DNA of 64,000 nt, from the NCBI GenBank assembly GCA_965217895.1, contig CBDCJV010000002.1, positions 2,368,001 through 2,432,000 on the forward strand. The letters are read 5' to 3'. This DNA comes from Waterburya sp. GTDB taxonomy: Bacteria > Cyanobacteriota > Cyanobacteriia > Cyanobacteriales > Xenococcaceae. Below the pieces are notes generated by a model that made no database searches, had not been told where the DNA came from, and saw only the letters and a list, made by a program, of their open reading frames with translations. The stretch's first letter is position 1; every line of letters starts with the position of its first letter. This document shows positions 28,990 through 39,767 of this stretch, one piece after another. Both the position numbers and the translations under genes were made by a program.

Positions 28990-29400
28990 CTAGTCGTAGA
29001 CATCGCTTTTGGCATCCGATCTTGTATACCAATATGCCCAAGCAATGAGTACAAATTGAAACGGCAGCCTAATTGCTTGAAACCAGTCACCATCAGGAAC
29101 ATTATCAAGATGGATATTATTGACCGCCATATTTATATTAGCTGGATAGACAGCAATCAGCAGCAATACTAAACCCCAAGCAGCAGCTTGACTAACCAAA
29201 GGAATTAATAAACCAATGCCGCCTAAGATTTCAAAAAAACCGCTGATATAGACAATAGCTTCGGGATAGGGTAGCTGTGGTGGCACAATCTTGACGTAAG
29301 TGTCGGGGGCGATAAAATGAGTAATTCCTGCCACAATCATACAAACGGCAAACACGCCTTTCAATGTTTGTTTTTTTTCCAAGATTAAATCTGTCATCAT
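28990..29400 (-). CDS. DoxX-like membrane protein
   Basis: AGITHF..IVPP..SGFFEILGG..AVYPANI..RLPFQ. Confidence 0.85.
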   Translation of the reverse strand: MMTDLILEKKQTLKGVFAVCMIVAGITHFIAPDTYVKIVPPQLPYPEAIVYISGFFEILGGIGLLIPLVSQAAAWGLVLLLIAVYPANINMAVNNIHLDNVPDGDWFQAIRLPFQFVLIAWAYWYTRSDAKSDVYD

Positions 29401-29451
29401 TTAAATACTAATTATTAAGGCGGACAATTGCCCGCCTGTAATACAAAGGTT

Positions 29452-30318
29452 TTAAGCGTTAACTACCGCACCACCATTAGGATGTAATACTTGTCCTGCA
29501 AAGTAAGAAGAATCTTCTGAAGCCAAGAAAACAAAACTAGTTGCAACCTCTACAGGTTGTCCTGGACGTTTCATTGGTACCTGTTTGCCAAATCCTTCTA
29601 CTTGTTCGGCAGGGAAGGCATCAGGAATAAAAGGAGTCCAAATTGGACCAGGAGCAACACCATTGACGCGAATGCCTTTTTTAAGGAGAGATTGGGACAA
29701 AGAGCGAGTAAAGGCTAAAATTGCACCTTTGGTAGTGGAATAGCTAAGTAAAGGTGCATTGCCTTTATAAGCATTAATTGAGGTGGTGTTAATAATTGCA
29801 CTACCTTCTTTTAGGTGAGGGATGGCTGCTTTGCAAAAATAGAACATGGCAAAGATATTAGTACTGAAGATACTGCCCAAACGCGCCGAGTCGATATCTT
29901 CGAGTGTTTCAGGATTTTCCATGTACTGTTCGGCAGCATTGTTAACCAAGATATCTAGCTTGCCTAGTTCGTCTACAGTTTTTTGTACTGCTTCAGCGCA
30001 AAATTGTTCGCCACTAATATCACCAGGAATTAGTAAGCATTTTTGACCTTCGGCTTCTACTAGTTCTTTAGTTTTTTTGGCATCTTCATGCTCGTCGAGG
30101 TAAACAATAGCAACATCAGCACCTTCTTTAGCATAGAGTACGGCTACTGAACGACCGATACCACTATCGCCACCAGTAATCAGGGCAACTTTTCCCTTTA
30201 GTTTATCGCTACCTTTGTAGCTATCGCGATCGTATATCGGTTTAGGAGTCATTTCTGACTCGTGGGCTGGTTGCTTATCTTGAGCTTGAGCGGGAATTTG
30301 ATCGGCAGAAATAGTCAT
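29452..30318 (-). CDS. General-stress SDR oxidoreductase (YdaD/YhdF-like)
   Basis: YKGSDKLKGKVALITGGDSGIG, YSTTKGA, VAPGPIWTP, GQVLHPNGG. Confidence 0.92.
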   Translation of the reverse strand: MTISADQIPAQAQDKQPAHESEMTPKPIYDRDSYKGSDKLKGKVALITGGDSGIGRSVAVLYAKEGADVAIVYLDEHEDAKKTKELVEAEGQKCLLIPGDISGEQFCAEAVQKTVDELGKLDILVNNAAEQYMENPETLEDIDSARLGSIFSTNIFAMFYFCKAAIPHLKEGSAIINTTSINAYKGNAPLLSYSTTKGAILAFTRSLSQSLLKKGIRVNGVAPGPIWTPFIPDAFPAEQVEGFGKQVPMKRPGQPVEVATSFVFLASEDSSYFAGQVLHPNGGAVVNA

Positions 30319-30501
30319 AATTTTATATTTTTCAACATTCTCTAAAAACGTTAATGAAAAATAATCTTAAATAGTATGAGTCTAAAGTAATATTTTTTTT
30401 AATTTAGCCATCTTCAAAAACTATGGCTTTTGATGGAGTGTTTACCAGGAAATTTTTGGCTTAATAAAAAGTAATACCGAAATTTACAGAAATAAGAATT
30501 T

Positions 30502-30900
30502 ATGTCAGAACAAAAAGCAGAAGCAAAAGTAATTTCCGATGCCAAGGAAAAGCTAGGCGAAGTAATTCCAACACCCCCTGAAGCTACTCCCAAAGCCAGC
30601 GCACAGTCGCTAAAAGAACGGCTGCAATGGGGTGAACCAGGCTTGACTATTATAGATGCGCGCGATCGCGAATCTTACCTTGATGAACGCATAACAGGTT
30701 CGATGCTGGTTGAAGAAGTGGATAGTCTTTCTAAAAATCGCGAAATTTACATTTACAGCAACACAGATCGAGAAGCAGCAGAAGCAGCAGACAATCTACG
30801 TCAAGCTGGTTTTGAAAGCGTATCTCAATTGCAGGGTGGCTTGGCAGGTTGGAAGGCAATTCTAGGTGCGACAGAAGGCAGATCCGCCACAGCGCAGTAG
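30502..30900 (+). CDS. Rhodanese-like domain protein
   Basis: LKERLQWGEPGLTIIDAR..LQGGLAGW. Confidence 0.85.
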   Translation: MSEQKAEAKVISDAKEKLGEVIPTPPEATPKASAQSLKERLQWGEPGLTIIDARDRESYLDERITGSMLVEEVDSLSKNREIYIYSNTDREAAEAADNLRQAGFESVSQLQGGLAGWKAILGATEGRSATAQ

Positions 30901-31127
30901 TTTCTATTCCAATTATTCTCAGGTGAATAGTGGTCTTAGATCAGCAACTATAAACTATATGTAGTTGCTATTTACTATTTATTTGGAGTATATCTGGGGA
31001 AAAAATAACTTAGCAGCTTGACAATTCATCATAGCTGTGAATATCTTAACAATTATCCATCAAAACTCTTTACATTTTTATTGAGTTTGCCAAAAATAAC
31101 ATAGACAAATTAAGGACATTCTTGACA

Positions 31128-31787
31128 ATGAACAAATTAACTATTAGTAGCTTATTATTATTATTCTCTACTGCATTTGCCGTTCCCAAAGCGATCGCCC
31201 AAACACCAGATCAGCCAAATGATACTAGAGTTGAGAAATATGAAGATCTAACCCAACCTGAAGTTTCTCAATCTGAGATGGAAACAACTGAAATGGAACA
31301 AGGGGAAATGAAACATGGCGAAGGTATGGGGACAGAAGGCGCTCAACCACCAACTACCCGTACAGAAGAAAAGCAAGACGAGGCTCAATCTGGAGATATG
31401 CAGTCTGGAGATATGCAGTCTGGAGGTATGCAGTCTGGGGAAGATATGGGAACAGAAGGCGCTCAACCACCAACTACCCGTACAGAAGAAAAGCAAGACG
31501 AGGCTCAATCTGGAGATATGCAGTCTGGAGGTATGCAGTCTGGAGGTATGGATGTACGTCGTACTGAGGCATTTAATTTAGTAAGTTCGGCATACAGAGG
31601 TGACTTTGAGAAGCAAGGTATTAATGGCTATCAAGTATTAATTAGTAATTATGAGCAAGGTCAATTAACTGCTGAGGACTTAATTAAAGCAGGCATTGAT
31701 TCTGGAGAGGTATCTCCTAGCGCAATGAAAGATGATTCTTATATTGAAGCCGTAGATTCCCAATTAATGTCATTAACTAATCGATAA
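31128..31787 (+). CDS. Secreted acidic repeat protein
   Basis: Signal peptide; duplicated MGTEGAQPPTTRTEEKQDEAQ block with (MQSG[D/G])n; C-terminal AFNLVSSAYRG domain. Confidence 0.85.
   Translation: MNKLTISSLLLLFSTAFAVPKAIAQTPDQPNDTRVEKYEDLTQPEVSQSEMETTEMEQGEMKHGEGMGTEGAQPPTTRTEEKQDEAQSGDMQSGDMQSGGMQSGEDMGTEGAQPPTTRTEEKQDEAQSGDMQSGGMQSGGMDVRRTEAFNLVSSAYRGDFEKQGINGYQVLISNYEQGQLTAEDLIKAGIDSGEVSPSAMKDDSYIEAVDSQLMSLTNR
31324..31550 (+). repeat. Intragenic nested tandem repeat (120-bp period with 15-bp subunits)
   Basis: ATGGG.ACAGAAGGCGCTCAACCACC... at 31326 and 31446; ATGCAGTCTGGAG(A/G) units. Confidence 0.9.
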
Positions 31788-31909
31788 CATAATCAACAAC
31801 ATAGGTTTTTTACCAAGCCCTTTTGGTTGAAGTCAAATATCGTAATAAATTGCTAGACATTTAGTCCTAGCGTAGTGTCTAGCCAATATATTCTCACAAA
31901 AAGGAAAAT

Positions 31910-32119
31910 ATGAATACTGGTGAAGAGAAGTTTGCTCAGACAGACCCCATTACAGAGATTAACAAAGCCGATGATGAGATGAATGATGTTGACAAGCTAG
32001 GCGAGCAAGCTGGCTTAGAAATGGACGATCGCGAAACCCTTGGTCTAAAGAAAAAGTTGGAAGAGCGCGACGACAGCCGTTTAGATATAGATAATGCTAA
32101 TCAAAATCTAGCTGATTAA
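31910..32119 (+). CDS. Small acidic protein (DUF6335-like)
   Basis: NDVDKLGEQAGLEM..KKLEERDDSR; AAGGA RBS. Confidence 0.65.
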   Translation: MNTGEEKFAQTDPITEINKADDEMNDVDKLGEQAGLEMDDRETLGLKKKLEERDDSRLDIDNANQNLAD

Positions 32120-32202
32120 GAATTCATCGGCTATTCGATAGTGTTATTGTTGTTAACAAATAACATCATATTGACTAAATCTGGTTACTATCAGGCTTAT
32201 CA

Positions 32203-32248
32203 AGGCAATCTACTTAAGAAATACTTTTTTAAGTAGATTGCTTTTTTA
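32203..32248 (+). terminator. Probable intrinsic terminator
   Basis: GCAATCTACTTAA/TTAAGTAGATTGC stem followed by a T-run. Confidence 0.6.
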
Positions 32249-32546
32249 TTTTTGATTTGACTATTGATATATTGTTATTGGCAGTATGGACTTTGCGTTT
32301 CTGTAGAAGTTGACCTATAACTGTAACAAATAGTTGGGATTGAAAAAACAGACTGTGATTGTACTACATTTTGTTCAAAAATAAGAACGATAATAATAAT
32401 TATATTGATTATTATTGTGTACAAAAATTAAATAATATTTTTAGAATCAAAAGAAATTTAAAGTAAATTTTAAAAGTCGGGTTAAAGACATAAGTTAGAT
32501 AAAGCTATATTCTATCCATTATGCGATCGTGTGAGGAAGCAAAAAG

Positions 32547-33734
32547 ATGAAGATTTTAGTGCTAGCTTGGGAATTCCCTCCTCGTATAGTCGGGGGAATA
32601 GCTCGTCATGTAGCAGAACTATATCCAGAATTAATTAAGTTAGGACACGAAATTCACCTCATCACTGTTGAATTTGGTTCTACTCCAAGATACGAAATAG
32701 TTGAAGGTATTCATCTGTATCGTTGTCATGTTGCCCACGGCAATGATTTTTTTCATTGGGTTGTCAACATGAACGACAGCATGGGTTGTATAGGGGGAGA
32801 GTTATTAACCAAACATGGCGATTTTGATCTAATCCATGCTCACGATTGGTTAGTAGGAGATGCTGCGATCGCTCTTAAAAATAATTTTAAACTGCCGATT
32901 GTGGCAACGATCCATGCCACGGAATATGGACGCTATAACGGTATCCATACAGTAAAGCAACATTATATCAACGGCAAAGAAAAACTATTGGCACACGAAG
33001 CTTGGCGAATCATTGTCTGTAGTCAGTATATGCGTCAGGAAATTCAGCGTGTATTCCAATCTCCTGAAGATAAACTTGATGTAGTTTACAATGGCATTCG
33101 TCCTGAAAAAAAGCATCATAATTACGAATTTGATCGAGTAAAGTTTCGTCGTCGTTTTGCCAACGATCAAGAAAAAATTATCTATTACGTAGGACGTATG
33201 ACCTATGAAAAAGGCATTTCCGTCTTGCTTAACGCTGCACCTAAAATACTTTCAGAACTAGGCAACAAGGTAAAATTTGTAATTATTGGTGGCGGAAATA
33301 CAAGTCATCTTAAGTATCAAGCTAGCTATTTAAATATTTGGGAACAATGTTACTTTACAGGGTTTATGTCTGATACTGATTTAGATAAGTTTCAAACAAT
33401 TGCTGATTGTGCAGTTTTCCCTAGTTTGTACGAACCTTTTGGAATTGTGGCATTAGAAAGCTTTGCTGCTCGTGTGCCTGTAGTAGTTTCTAATACTGGT
33501 GGTTTACCAGAAGTAGTACAGCACAACTATACGGGTATTGTTACTCAAGCTAACGATGTTAACTCTCTAACCTGGGGCATTTTAGAAGTGCTAAACAATC
33601 CCGCTCATTCTCAGTATTTAGTCAAAAATGCCTACAAATCTATAGCAAAGCGTTTTAGCTGGGATGATTTAGCCAAACAAACAGTTGAAGTCTATCATCA
33701 AGTTGCCAAAGAGCGATCGCAAGTTAAATGGTAA
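32547..33734 (+). CDS. GT4-family glycosyltransferase
   Basis: WEFPPRIVGG, HAHDW, GRMTYEKG, PSLYEPFGIVALE. Confidence 0.93.
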   Translation: MKILVLAWEFPPRIVGGIARHVAELYPELIKLGHEIHLITVEFGSTPRYEIVEGIHLYRCHVAHGNDFFHWVVNMNDSMGCIGGELLTKHGDFDLIHAHDWLVGDAAIALKNNFKLPIVATIHATEYGRYNGIHTVKQHYINGKEKLLAHEAWRIIVCSQYMRQEIQRVFQSPEDKLDVVYNGIRPEKKHHNYEFDRVKFRRRFANDQEKIIYYVGRMTYEKGISVLLNAAPKILSELGNKVKFVIIGGGNTSHLKYQASYLNIWEQCYFTGFMSDTDLDKFQTIADCAVFPSLYEPFGIVALESFAARVPVVVSNTGGLPEVVQHNYTGIVTQANDVNSLTWGILEVLNNPAHSQYLVKNAYKSIAKRFSWDDLAKQTVEVYHQVAKERSQVKW

Positions 33735-33890
33735 TGTTGTTAATTTATTATTATATTATTATCTTTATACGTATAGATGGGAAAAGCGAGTGCCTTCTCT
33801 TAATTGCTTAAAGATAGCAAAATTTTGGCTCTTGATTTAGTAGGTTGCCTATTCGTTGCATGATTTTATTTTGATTTCTGTAAGTAGCAG

Positions 33891-34409
33891 CTATTCTCTG
33901 TATTTTCTGTGCTCTTGTAACTTCAAAATAGTAAAAGATATAATTATCATACGTTTGGCTTGCAAAAGTAGTTTATCAATATAAAAATCAACCGTTTGAT
34001 TAAAAACTAGTACAAGAATTGATAATAAGACTAATAATAAAAAAACAAAGTGATTGGTATCGTAAAAAATATATTGGGTAAATGCGAATAGACTTAAGGC
34101 AGTCGCTATAAGAGCAGAAATATAAGGTTTTTTGCTTTTCTTGCCTTCTATTCTCAGTTTATTACAAAAACCAACGAGCATTGTATAAATAATTGTACTA
34201 GTAATTTCTTCGGGATTTTCTGGGAATAAAATAACTGTTAAGAAAGATATTATTACTTTAATAATAAAAAACAGTAGTTTGTTACCTGTATTAAATATAA
34301 TAAAGAAATAAACTAAAGTTGTAAATCTAACAAAAGCCAAATTGGCAATTAAAGGAAATAAAGTATCCATATCATTGTGTATTCTATAATTTAAGTGCCA
34401 ATATAACAA
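33891..34409 (-). CDS. AT-rich hypothetical membrane protein
   Basis: 172-codon ORF in very AT-rich DNA with several hydrophobic segments; start uncertain. Confidence 0.5.
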   Translation of the reverse strand: MLYWHLNYRIHNDMDTLFPLIANLAFVRFTTLVYFFIIFNTGNKLLFFIIKVIISFLTVILFPENPEEITSTIIYTMLVGFCNKLRIEGKKSKKPYISALIATALSLFAFTQYIFYDTNHFVFLLLVLLSILVLVFNQTVDFYIDKLLLQAKRMIIISFTILKLQEHRKYRE

Positions 34410-34448
34410 GTACTAATACAATAGTTTCATTAATTTAATATTAAAATT

Positions 34449-34673
34449 ATGCAGTTTCAGTTAACTAAAGTTTTTCAAAAAGTACCTGAAGGATATATTG
34501 GCTTTGTCGAAGAATTGCCAGGAGCTAATACTCAGGGAGATAGTTTAGAAGAAACTAGGACAAATCTAGAAGAAGCTATTGAATTAGTCTTAGAAGCCAA
34601 TCGTCTGCTATCGCAAGAGCAATTTCAGGGACAAGAAGTAATTCGAGAATCAGTAACTTTCTCTGCTGCATGA
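34449..34673 (+). CDS. hicB: HicB-family antitoxin
   Basis: GYIGFVEELPGANTQGDSLEETRTNLEEAI. Confidence 0.9.
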   Translation: MQFQLTKVFQKVPEGYIGFVEELPGANTQGDSLEETRTNLEEAIELVLEANRLLSQEQFQGQEVIRESVTFSAA

Positions 34674-34855
34674 AACGCCAAGATTTAATTCGCTACCTGG
34701 AAAAAAATGGCTGTGAGTTTTTAAGAGAGGGTGGAAGACATACAATCTATGTGAATCGTGCTGTGCAAAAATCTTCAGCAATTCCTCGACACCGTGAGAT
34801 CAACAACTTTCTGGCACGCAAAATTTGTCGTGATTTACAAATATCAGAACCCTAG
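34670..34855 (+). CDS. hicA: HicA-family toxin
   Basis: MKRQDLIRYL..REGGRHTIY..IPRHREI; ATGA overlap. Confidence 0.9.
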   Translation: MKRQDLIRYLEKNGCEFLREGGRHTIYVNRAVQKSSAIPRHREINNFLARKICRDLQISEP

Positions 34856-34940
34856 ACTGAAATATAGCAATGCCAAGTTTTTCTACAGGCTAGATCAAGC
34901 GAAAATTTTCTATCATTATCATAGGGAGTAATTTAAACCT

Positions 34941-36830
34941 ATGACTGCATTGATTGAAAATATACCATTATTAAAACAAAGCGATCGCCTTGAAGCTCGT
35001 CTTAAAGAAATACCCCCCGAACCTGGAGTATATTTGATGCGTAGCCAGAATGGGGATATTTTATATATTGGCAAGTCTAAGAAATTGAGATCGCGAGTTC
35101 GTTCTTATTTCCGTAACTCCCAAAAGTTGAGTGACAGGATTGCTATGATGGTGCGACAGGTAACAGAAATTGAGTTTATTGTTACCGACACCGAAGCAGA
35201 AGCTTTGGCACTAGAAGCTAACTTAGTAAAAAAACATCAGCCTTACTATAATGTCTTGCTTAAGGATGATAAAAAATATCCTTATGTGTGCATTACTTGG
35301 TCAGAAGATTATCCGCGCATCTTTATTACCCGTAAACGTCGAGCAACCAAACAGCGCGATCGCTATTATGGTCCTTATGTAGATACTCGTCTATTGCGCT
35401 ATACTCTGCATATCATTAAGCGCGTCTTTCCGCTGCGTCAGCGTCGCCAGCCTTTATTTAAAGATCGTCCCTGTCTTAATTACGATATGGGAAGATGTCC
35501 TGGTGTATGTCAGTCTTTAGTTACTCCTGAAGACTATAAAAAGATCGTTCAAAAAGTAGCCATGGTCTTCCAGGGAAGGAGTGATGAATTAGTTGATACC
35601 ATTTCGTCGCAAATGGAAAAGGCAGTAGAAAGACTAGATTTTGAAAAGGCTGCTCAATTACGAGATCAAATTAAGGCTTTACAAAATCTCACTGCCGATC
35701 AGAAAGTATCCTTACCCGACGATACCATTTCCCGTGATGCGATCGCCTTAGCTACCGATGATAAGCACTGCTGTATTCAATTATTTCAAATTCGTGCAGG
35801 TAAATTGGTCGGACGCTTAGGCTTCTTTGCCGATGCGAGATCGGGTACGCCTGGGGCAATTTTACAGAGAGTTTTAGAAGAACATTATTCTACCGTCGAA
35901 GCAGTAGAAATTCCTACTGAAATCCTTGTACAGCATGAATTACCTGAAGGAGAAATGCTGACAGAATGGCTGACTAAGCAAAAGGCGAAAAAAGTTAGCT
36001 TGATTAATCCTCAAAGACAGGTCAAAGCCGAACTAATTGAAATGGTCGAACGCAATGCCAACTATGAATTAGAACGAACTCAAAGAGTAAGCGATCGCAA
36101 TAATCAAGCCTTACAAGATTTGGCAACTGTTCTCGATTTACCCGAATTACCTAAACGGATTGAGGGTTATGATATTTCTCACATTCAGGGATCGAATGCC
36201 GTAGCTTCTCAAGTTGTTTTTGTGGATGGTGTACCCGCCAAACAACATTATCGTCATTACAAAATTAAAAATCCCGATGTGAGAATTGGACGTTCGGACG
36301 ATTTTGCCAGCATGGCAGAAGTGATTGGTCGTCGCTTTCGCAAGTATGCAAATACTTCTCCTTTATCAAAGGGAACTGGGGGAGATGATTTTCCTGATGT
36401 GGTGATGATTGATGGCGGTAAAGGACAATTATCTTCGGTGGTTAAAGTGCTGCAAGAGATGAATCTTTTAGAAGCTGTAAAAGTAGTTAGTTTAGCCAAA
36501 AAAAGAGAAGAAATCTTTTTACCAGGAGAAACAAAGCCTTTAAATACCGATGCCGAACAATCTGGAGTACAGTTACTTAGAAGGGTGCGGGATGAGTCCC
36601 ATCGTTTTGCTGTTAGCTTCCATCGTCAACAACGACTTAAAAGCAGCAGGCGATCGCGCTTAGAAGAGATTCCAGGCTTGGGTTTTCAGCGTCAAAAGCA
36701 ATTGCTGGCTCATTTTCACTCAATTGATTATATCCGTGAAGCTTCCGTGGATAAGTTAACTGAAGTTTCAGGGATCGGTCGAAATTTAGCACAGGAAATT
36801 TATAATTATTTTCATCCAAATCAAAATTAA
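34941..36830 (+). CDS. uvrC: Excinuclease ABC subunit C
   Basis: GIY-YIG (PGVYLM..YIGKS), [24 protein letters not shown], HhH tail. Confidence 0.97.
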   Translation: MTALIENIPLLKQSDRLEARLKEIPPEPGVYLMRSQNGDILYIGKSKKLRSRVRSYFRNSQKLSDRIAMMVRQVTEIEFIVTDTEAEALALEANLVKKHQPYYNVLLKDDKKYPYVCITWSEDYPRIFITRKRRATKQRDRYYGPYVDTRLLRYTLHIIKRVFPLRQRRQPLFKDRPCLNYDMGRCPGVCQSLVTPEDYKKIVQKVAMVFQGRSDELVDTISSQMEKAVERLDFEKAAQLRDQIKALQNLTADQKVSLPDDTISRDAIALATDDKHCCIQLFQIRAGKLVGRLGFFADARSGTPGAILQRVLEEHYSTVEAVEIPTEILVQHELPEGEMLTEWLTKQKAKKVSLINPQRQVKAELIEMVERNANYELERTQRVSDRNNQALQDLATVLDLPELPKRIEGYDISHIQGSNAVASQVVFVDGVPAKQHYRHYKIKNPDVRIGRSDDFASMAEVIGRRFRKYANTSPLSKGTGGDDFPDVVMIDGGKGQLSSVVKVLQEMNLLEAVKVVSLAKKREEIFLPGETKPLNTDAEQSGVQLLRRVRDESHRFAVSFHRQQRLKSSRRSRLEEIPGLGFQRQKQLLAHFHSIDYIREASVDKLTEVSGIGRNLAQEIYNYFHPNQN

Positions 36831-36860
36831 GCAATATGTGTAGCAACATGGATCTATAGT

Positions 36861-37090
36861 CCGCCTAATGTGAATTAAAAAATGCTTATTCTCGCTTCTA
36901 AATGAAATTGGTCTATGAAAACCAGGATTTATTCCTGGGGGAACTTTCCCCCAGATCCCAATCTCGCGCGTTCCCAAGTCCGCGTGGCTTCCCGTTTAGG
37001 GATGCCCTCGTGTCGGACGCTTGCGCTAAGCCCTGGAGTTCGCGCGACGCGGTGAGACAGTTGCGGTGGCAAATGTATTTCGCGATCGCT
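36861..37090. mobile_element. Composite MITE-like element, truncated at HIP1
   Basis: Shares its left end and a ~90-bp near-identical core with 39260-39600. Confidence 0.75.
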
Positions 37091-37337
37091 TAACCTTTGA
37101 AGATATATTTATCCTTAATAATCTCTATACAACCTTCAATAAAAAGATTACTCTTAAAAATGATACACCAGCCGAATTAGCGATGAACTATCTTAGAGAT
37201 TGGGACTGTTAATCTATTGCAAAAGTTAAAAGTCAAAACTAAAATGCTTAATCCTTGAGGCTTTGGGTATTTCAAAGTATCCTAACCTTATATGTCCACA
37301 GCTATAGTTTTGGCAATCTTTGTTACAGTAATTTTCT

Positions 37338-37829
37338 ATGAGCAAAATTTTTCTCGCCTTAGCTTTGAGCATCATTTTAGGTGGATGTTCCAGCGTCAGT
37401 GAATTAAAAATCTCATCAACACAACCTATAGCCATGACTGAAGATAGTCAACCCGCCAAAGTAACCCAAGTGCAAGCAACTGGAGAAAGTCAAAACTATA
37501 CTTTTGCTGTTACCGTTAACAGTCCTGATACTGGTTGCGATCGCTATGCTAACTGGTGGGAAGTAATTACCCCCGAAGGAGAGTTGCTATATCGCCGAGT
37601 TCTGTTACACAGCCACGTAGATGAACAACCTTTTGAGCGCACAGGAGGAATAATACCAGTCGATCCCGATCAAGAAGTAATTGTTAGAGTGCATATGTCT
37701 ACTGGTGGTTATAGTCCTATGGCACAACGAGGATCGGTAAAATTTGGTTTTTCTGAAGTTACTTTACCTCCAGAATTTGCTTCTAGGTTAGAGTCTGTCG
37801 AACCTCTACCTAGTGACTGTGCATTTTAA
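37338..37829 (+). CDS. Putative lipoprotein
   Basis: Lipobox LGGC; SPDTGCDRYANWWEV..RVLLHSHVDEQPF. Confidence 0.8.
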   Translation: MSKIFLALALSIILGGCSSVSELKISSTQPIAMTEDSQPAKVTQVQATGESQNYTFAVTVNSPDTGCDRYANWWEVITPEGELLYRRVLLHSHVDEQPFERTGGIIPVDPDQEVIVRVHMSTGGYSPMAQRGSVKFGFSEVTLPPEFASRLESVEPLPSDCAF

Positions 37830-37878
37830 TCTGGATCTTCTTTTTACCCTTTGCCCAATCACTGAAAGTCGCAAATAT

Positions 37879-38649
37879 TTAGATACTTGGTGCAGATAAC
37901 ATCATAAGCCACTGAAACAATTGCGGAAAGATACGTTGACACCAGGTTGCAAGATAGCTTTGCCATCCTACTAGGATCTCACCTGAATTATGATACAGTC
38001 CTGAAACCAAAGCTTGAGCTACCTTTTCGGGTGTCATGGGCATGACCCAACGAAATAGCTTAAGACCTCGCGCCATATCAGTATCAGTTAGGGTTGGCAA
38101 AAGGGCGACAACCTGGATATTATGACCAGCCAATTCACTTCGCAAAGCTTGAGTAAAACCAACAATTGCAAACTTAGTTGCTGAATAAGTTGACATAGTG
38201 GGGGCTGCTACTTTTCCCATCAGGCTTGAGACATTAACGATCGTGCCTTCTTTTTGTCTTGCCATACGCTTTGCTAACAGGCGAGTGATGGTCATCATCC
38301 CCAGCAAATTAGTAGTAATCTCTTCTTCAACTTCAGGTAATTTTGTTTCCAAAAAAGGTGCTTGATGAGCTACTCCTGCACAGTTAACTAGTAAATGAAT
38401 CGGTCTATGGGTGCGCCATGCTTGAGCGATCGCAATATTAATGGCAGATGACTGAGATAAATCTACAGATAAGGTAGTAACTTTTACGCCCTTTGCTTCT
38501 ATTTCTTGAGCAACATCTGCTAGTTTTTGGCGATCCCTGGCTACTAATAGTAAATGCTTAATTCCTTGGTGAGCAAATTCCAAGGCGATCGCTCTACCAA
38601 TGCCACGAGAAGCACCTGTAATCAAAGCTGTTTTTCCTTTGATATTCAT
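37879..38649 (-). CDS. SDR-family oxidoreductase
   Basis: TGASRGIG, NCAG, YSATK. Confidence 0.92.
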   Translation of the reverse strand: MNIKGKTALITGASRGIGRAIALEFAHQGIKHLLLVARDRQKLADVAQEIEAKGVKVTTLSVDLSQSSAINIAIAQAWRTHRPIHLLVNCAGVAHQAPFLETKLPEVEEEITTNLLGMMTITRLLAKRMARQKEGTIVNVSSLMGKVAAPTMSTYSATKFAIVGFTQALRSELAGHNIQVVALLPTLTDTDMARGLKLFRWVMPMTPEKVAQALVSGLYHNSGEILVGWQSYLATWCQRIFPQLFQWLMMLSAPSI

Positions 38650-39259
38650 TATTTAAATCCTCTCTATATACTTTGAGCAATATTAACTAACTTGGCAAGT
38701 TAGATATCTATATTTCAGTAAGTTAATTCATTATTAAGTAGGTAAACACCAAAGCTTTTTTTTGAATCGGGCTTTAGTTTTTAGTTAGTCATAGAATCAA
38801 TTTGCATCTATGTTTAAAGCTTTAATTCAAGTTTTTTGTCGTTATTAAGTGTTTGTATGTACAAAAAAGCTTTTTGAATTAAGTACTAATATTTGTTGAT
38901 TCTAGGTTCAATTTATGATCAGTTTAGTGGCTTGAAATAAGTTGGCAGTAGCATATGAGTTTTTTCTCCAATTGCTTGATTATTCTGAGGCTTTGAAAAG
39001 TAATTTTTAGGTAATCTAACCACTTCACATACCTTAACAAATAAAAATCTAAATTGACGATTTTTTCGTATCAAAAAATGCAGTTAGTCAATTTTACTTT
39101 TGGGGATCATTCACAAGTTAAGTAATTATTGACTTTTGGCTTTTACTACAGATAAATTTATATCAAGCATAAGTTTTTTTTATAGCTTGTCCAGCATTTG
39201 GACTGGGATCATGAGGGGATATAGATAATTAACAATTGAAATAATTAAAGGTTATAAAA

Positions 39260-39600
39260 TACGTCTGATGTGAATTAAAAAAAGCTGATTCTTCCATTCC
39301 CATCCAAAATTTGTCTGTAAAAACCGAAATATAATACTGGGGGAACTTTCCCCCAGACCCCAATCTCGCGCGTTCCCAAGTCCGCGTGGCTTCCCGTTTA
39401 GGGATGCCCTCGTGTCGGACGCTTGCGCCTGACGGCGACGCGGTGAAGCAGTTGCGGTGGACAGGTTCCCTGGCATAAGCAAACTGCTGAACCCTTTAGG
39501 GGGTCGCTCGCCTGCTGGGGACGTGACGACCCTCCCCAGACCCCTTCCGTAAACATTAACCCTGATGAGTGAAATCAGCTAATTTCTAATTATCTAGATG
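39260..39600. mobile_element. Composite MITE-like element with nested hairpins
   Basis: Core shared with 36936-37027; 39429-39512 is the reverse complement of 3399-3483; left end TACGTCTGATGTGAAT also at ~58047. Confidence 0.75.
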
Positions 39601-39767
39601 AAGAATTGAATTTGCTTGAGTCAGGTTCAGGTTCTCAAAAAACCTTTATTCCTCTAGAAATATTGGACTTTTTATAAGCTGATAGTGAAAAAGTCAATTC
39701 ACATTAGGCGTAAAATATGAAAAAATAGCTCGCTCAAAACTTCTAGATAAGTACAAACAAGACACCA

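Noticed and set aside
31324..31550. Tandem repeat as a CRISPR or non-coding array
   Set aside because: In-frame coding repeat within a secreted protein; no unique spacers.
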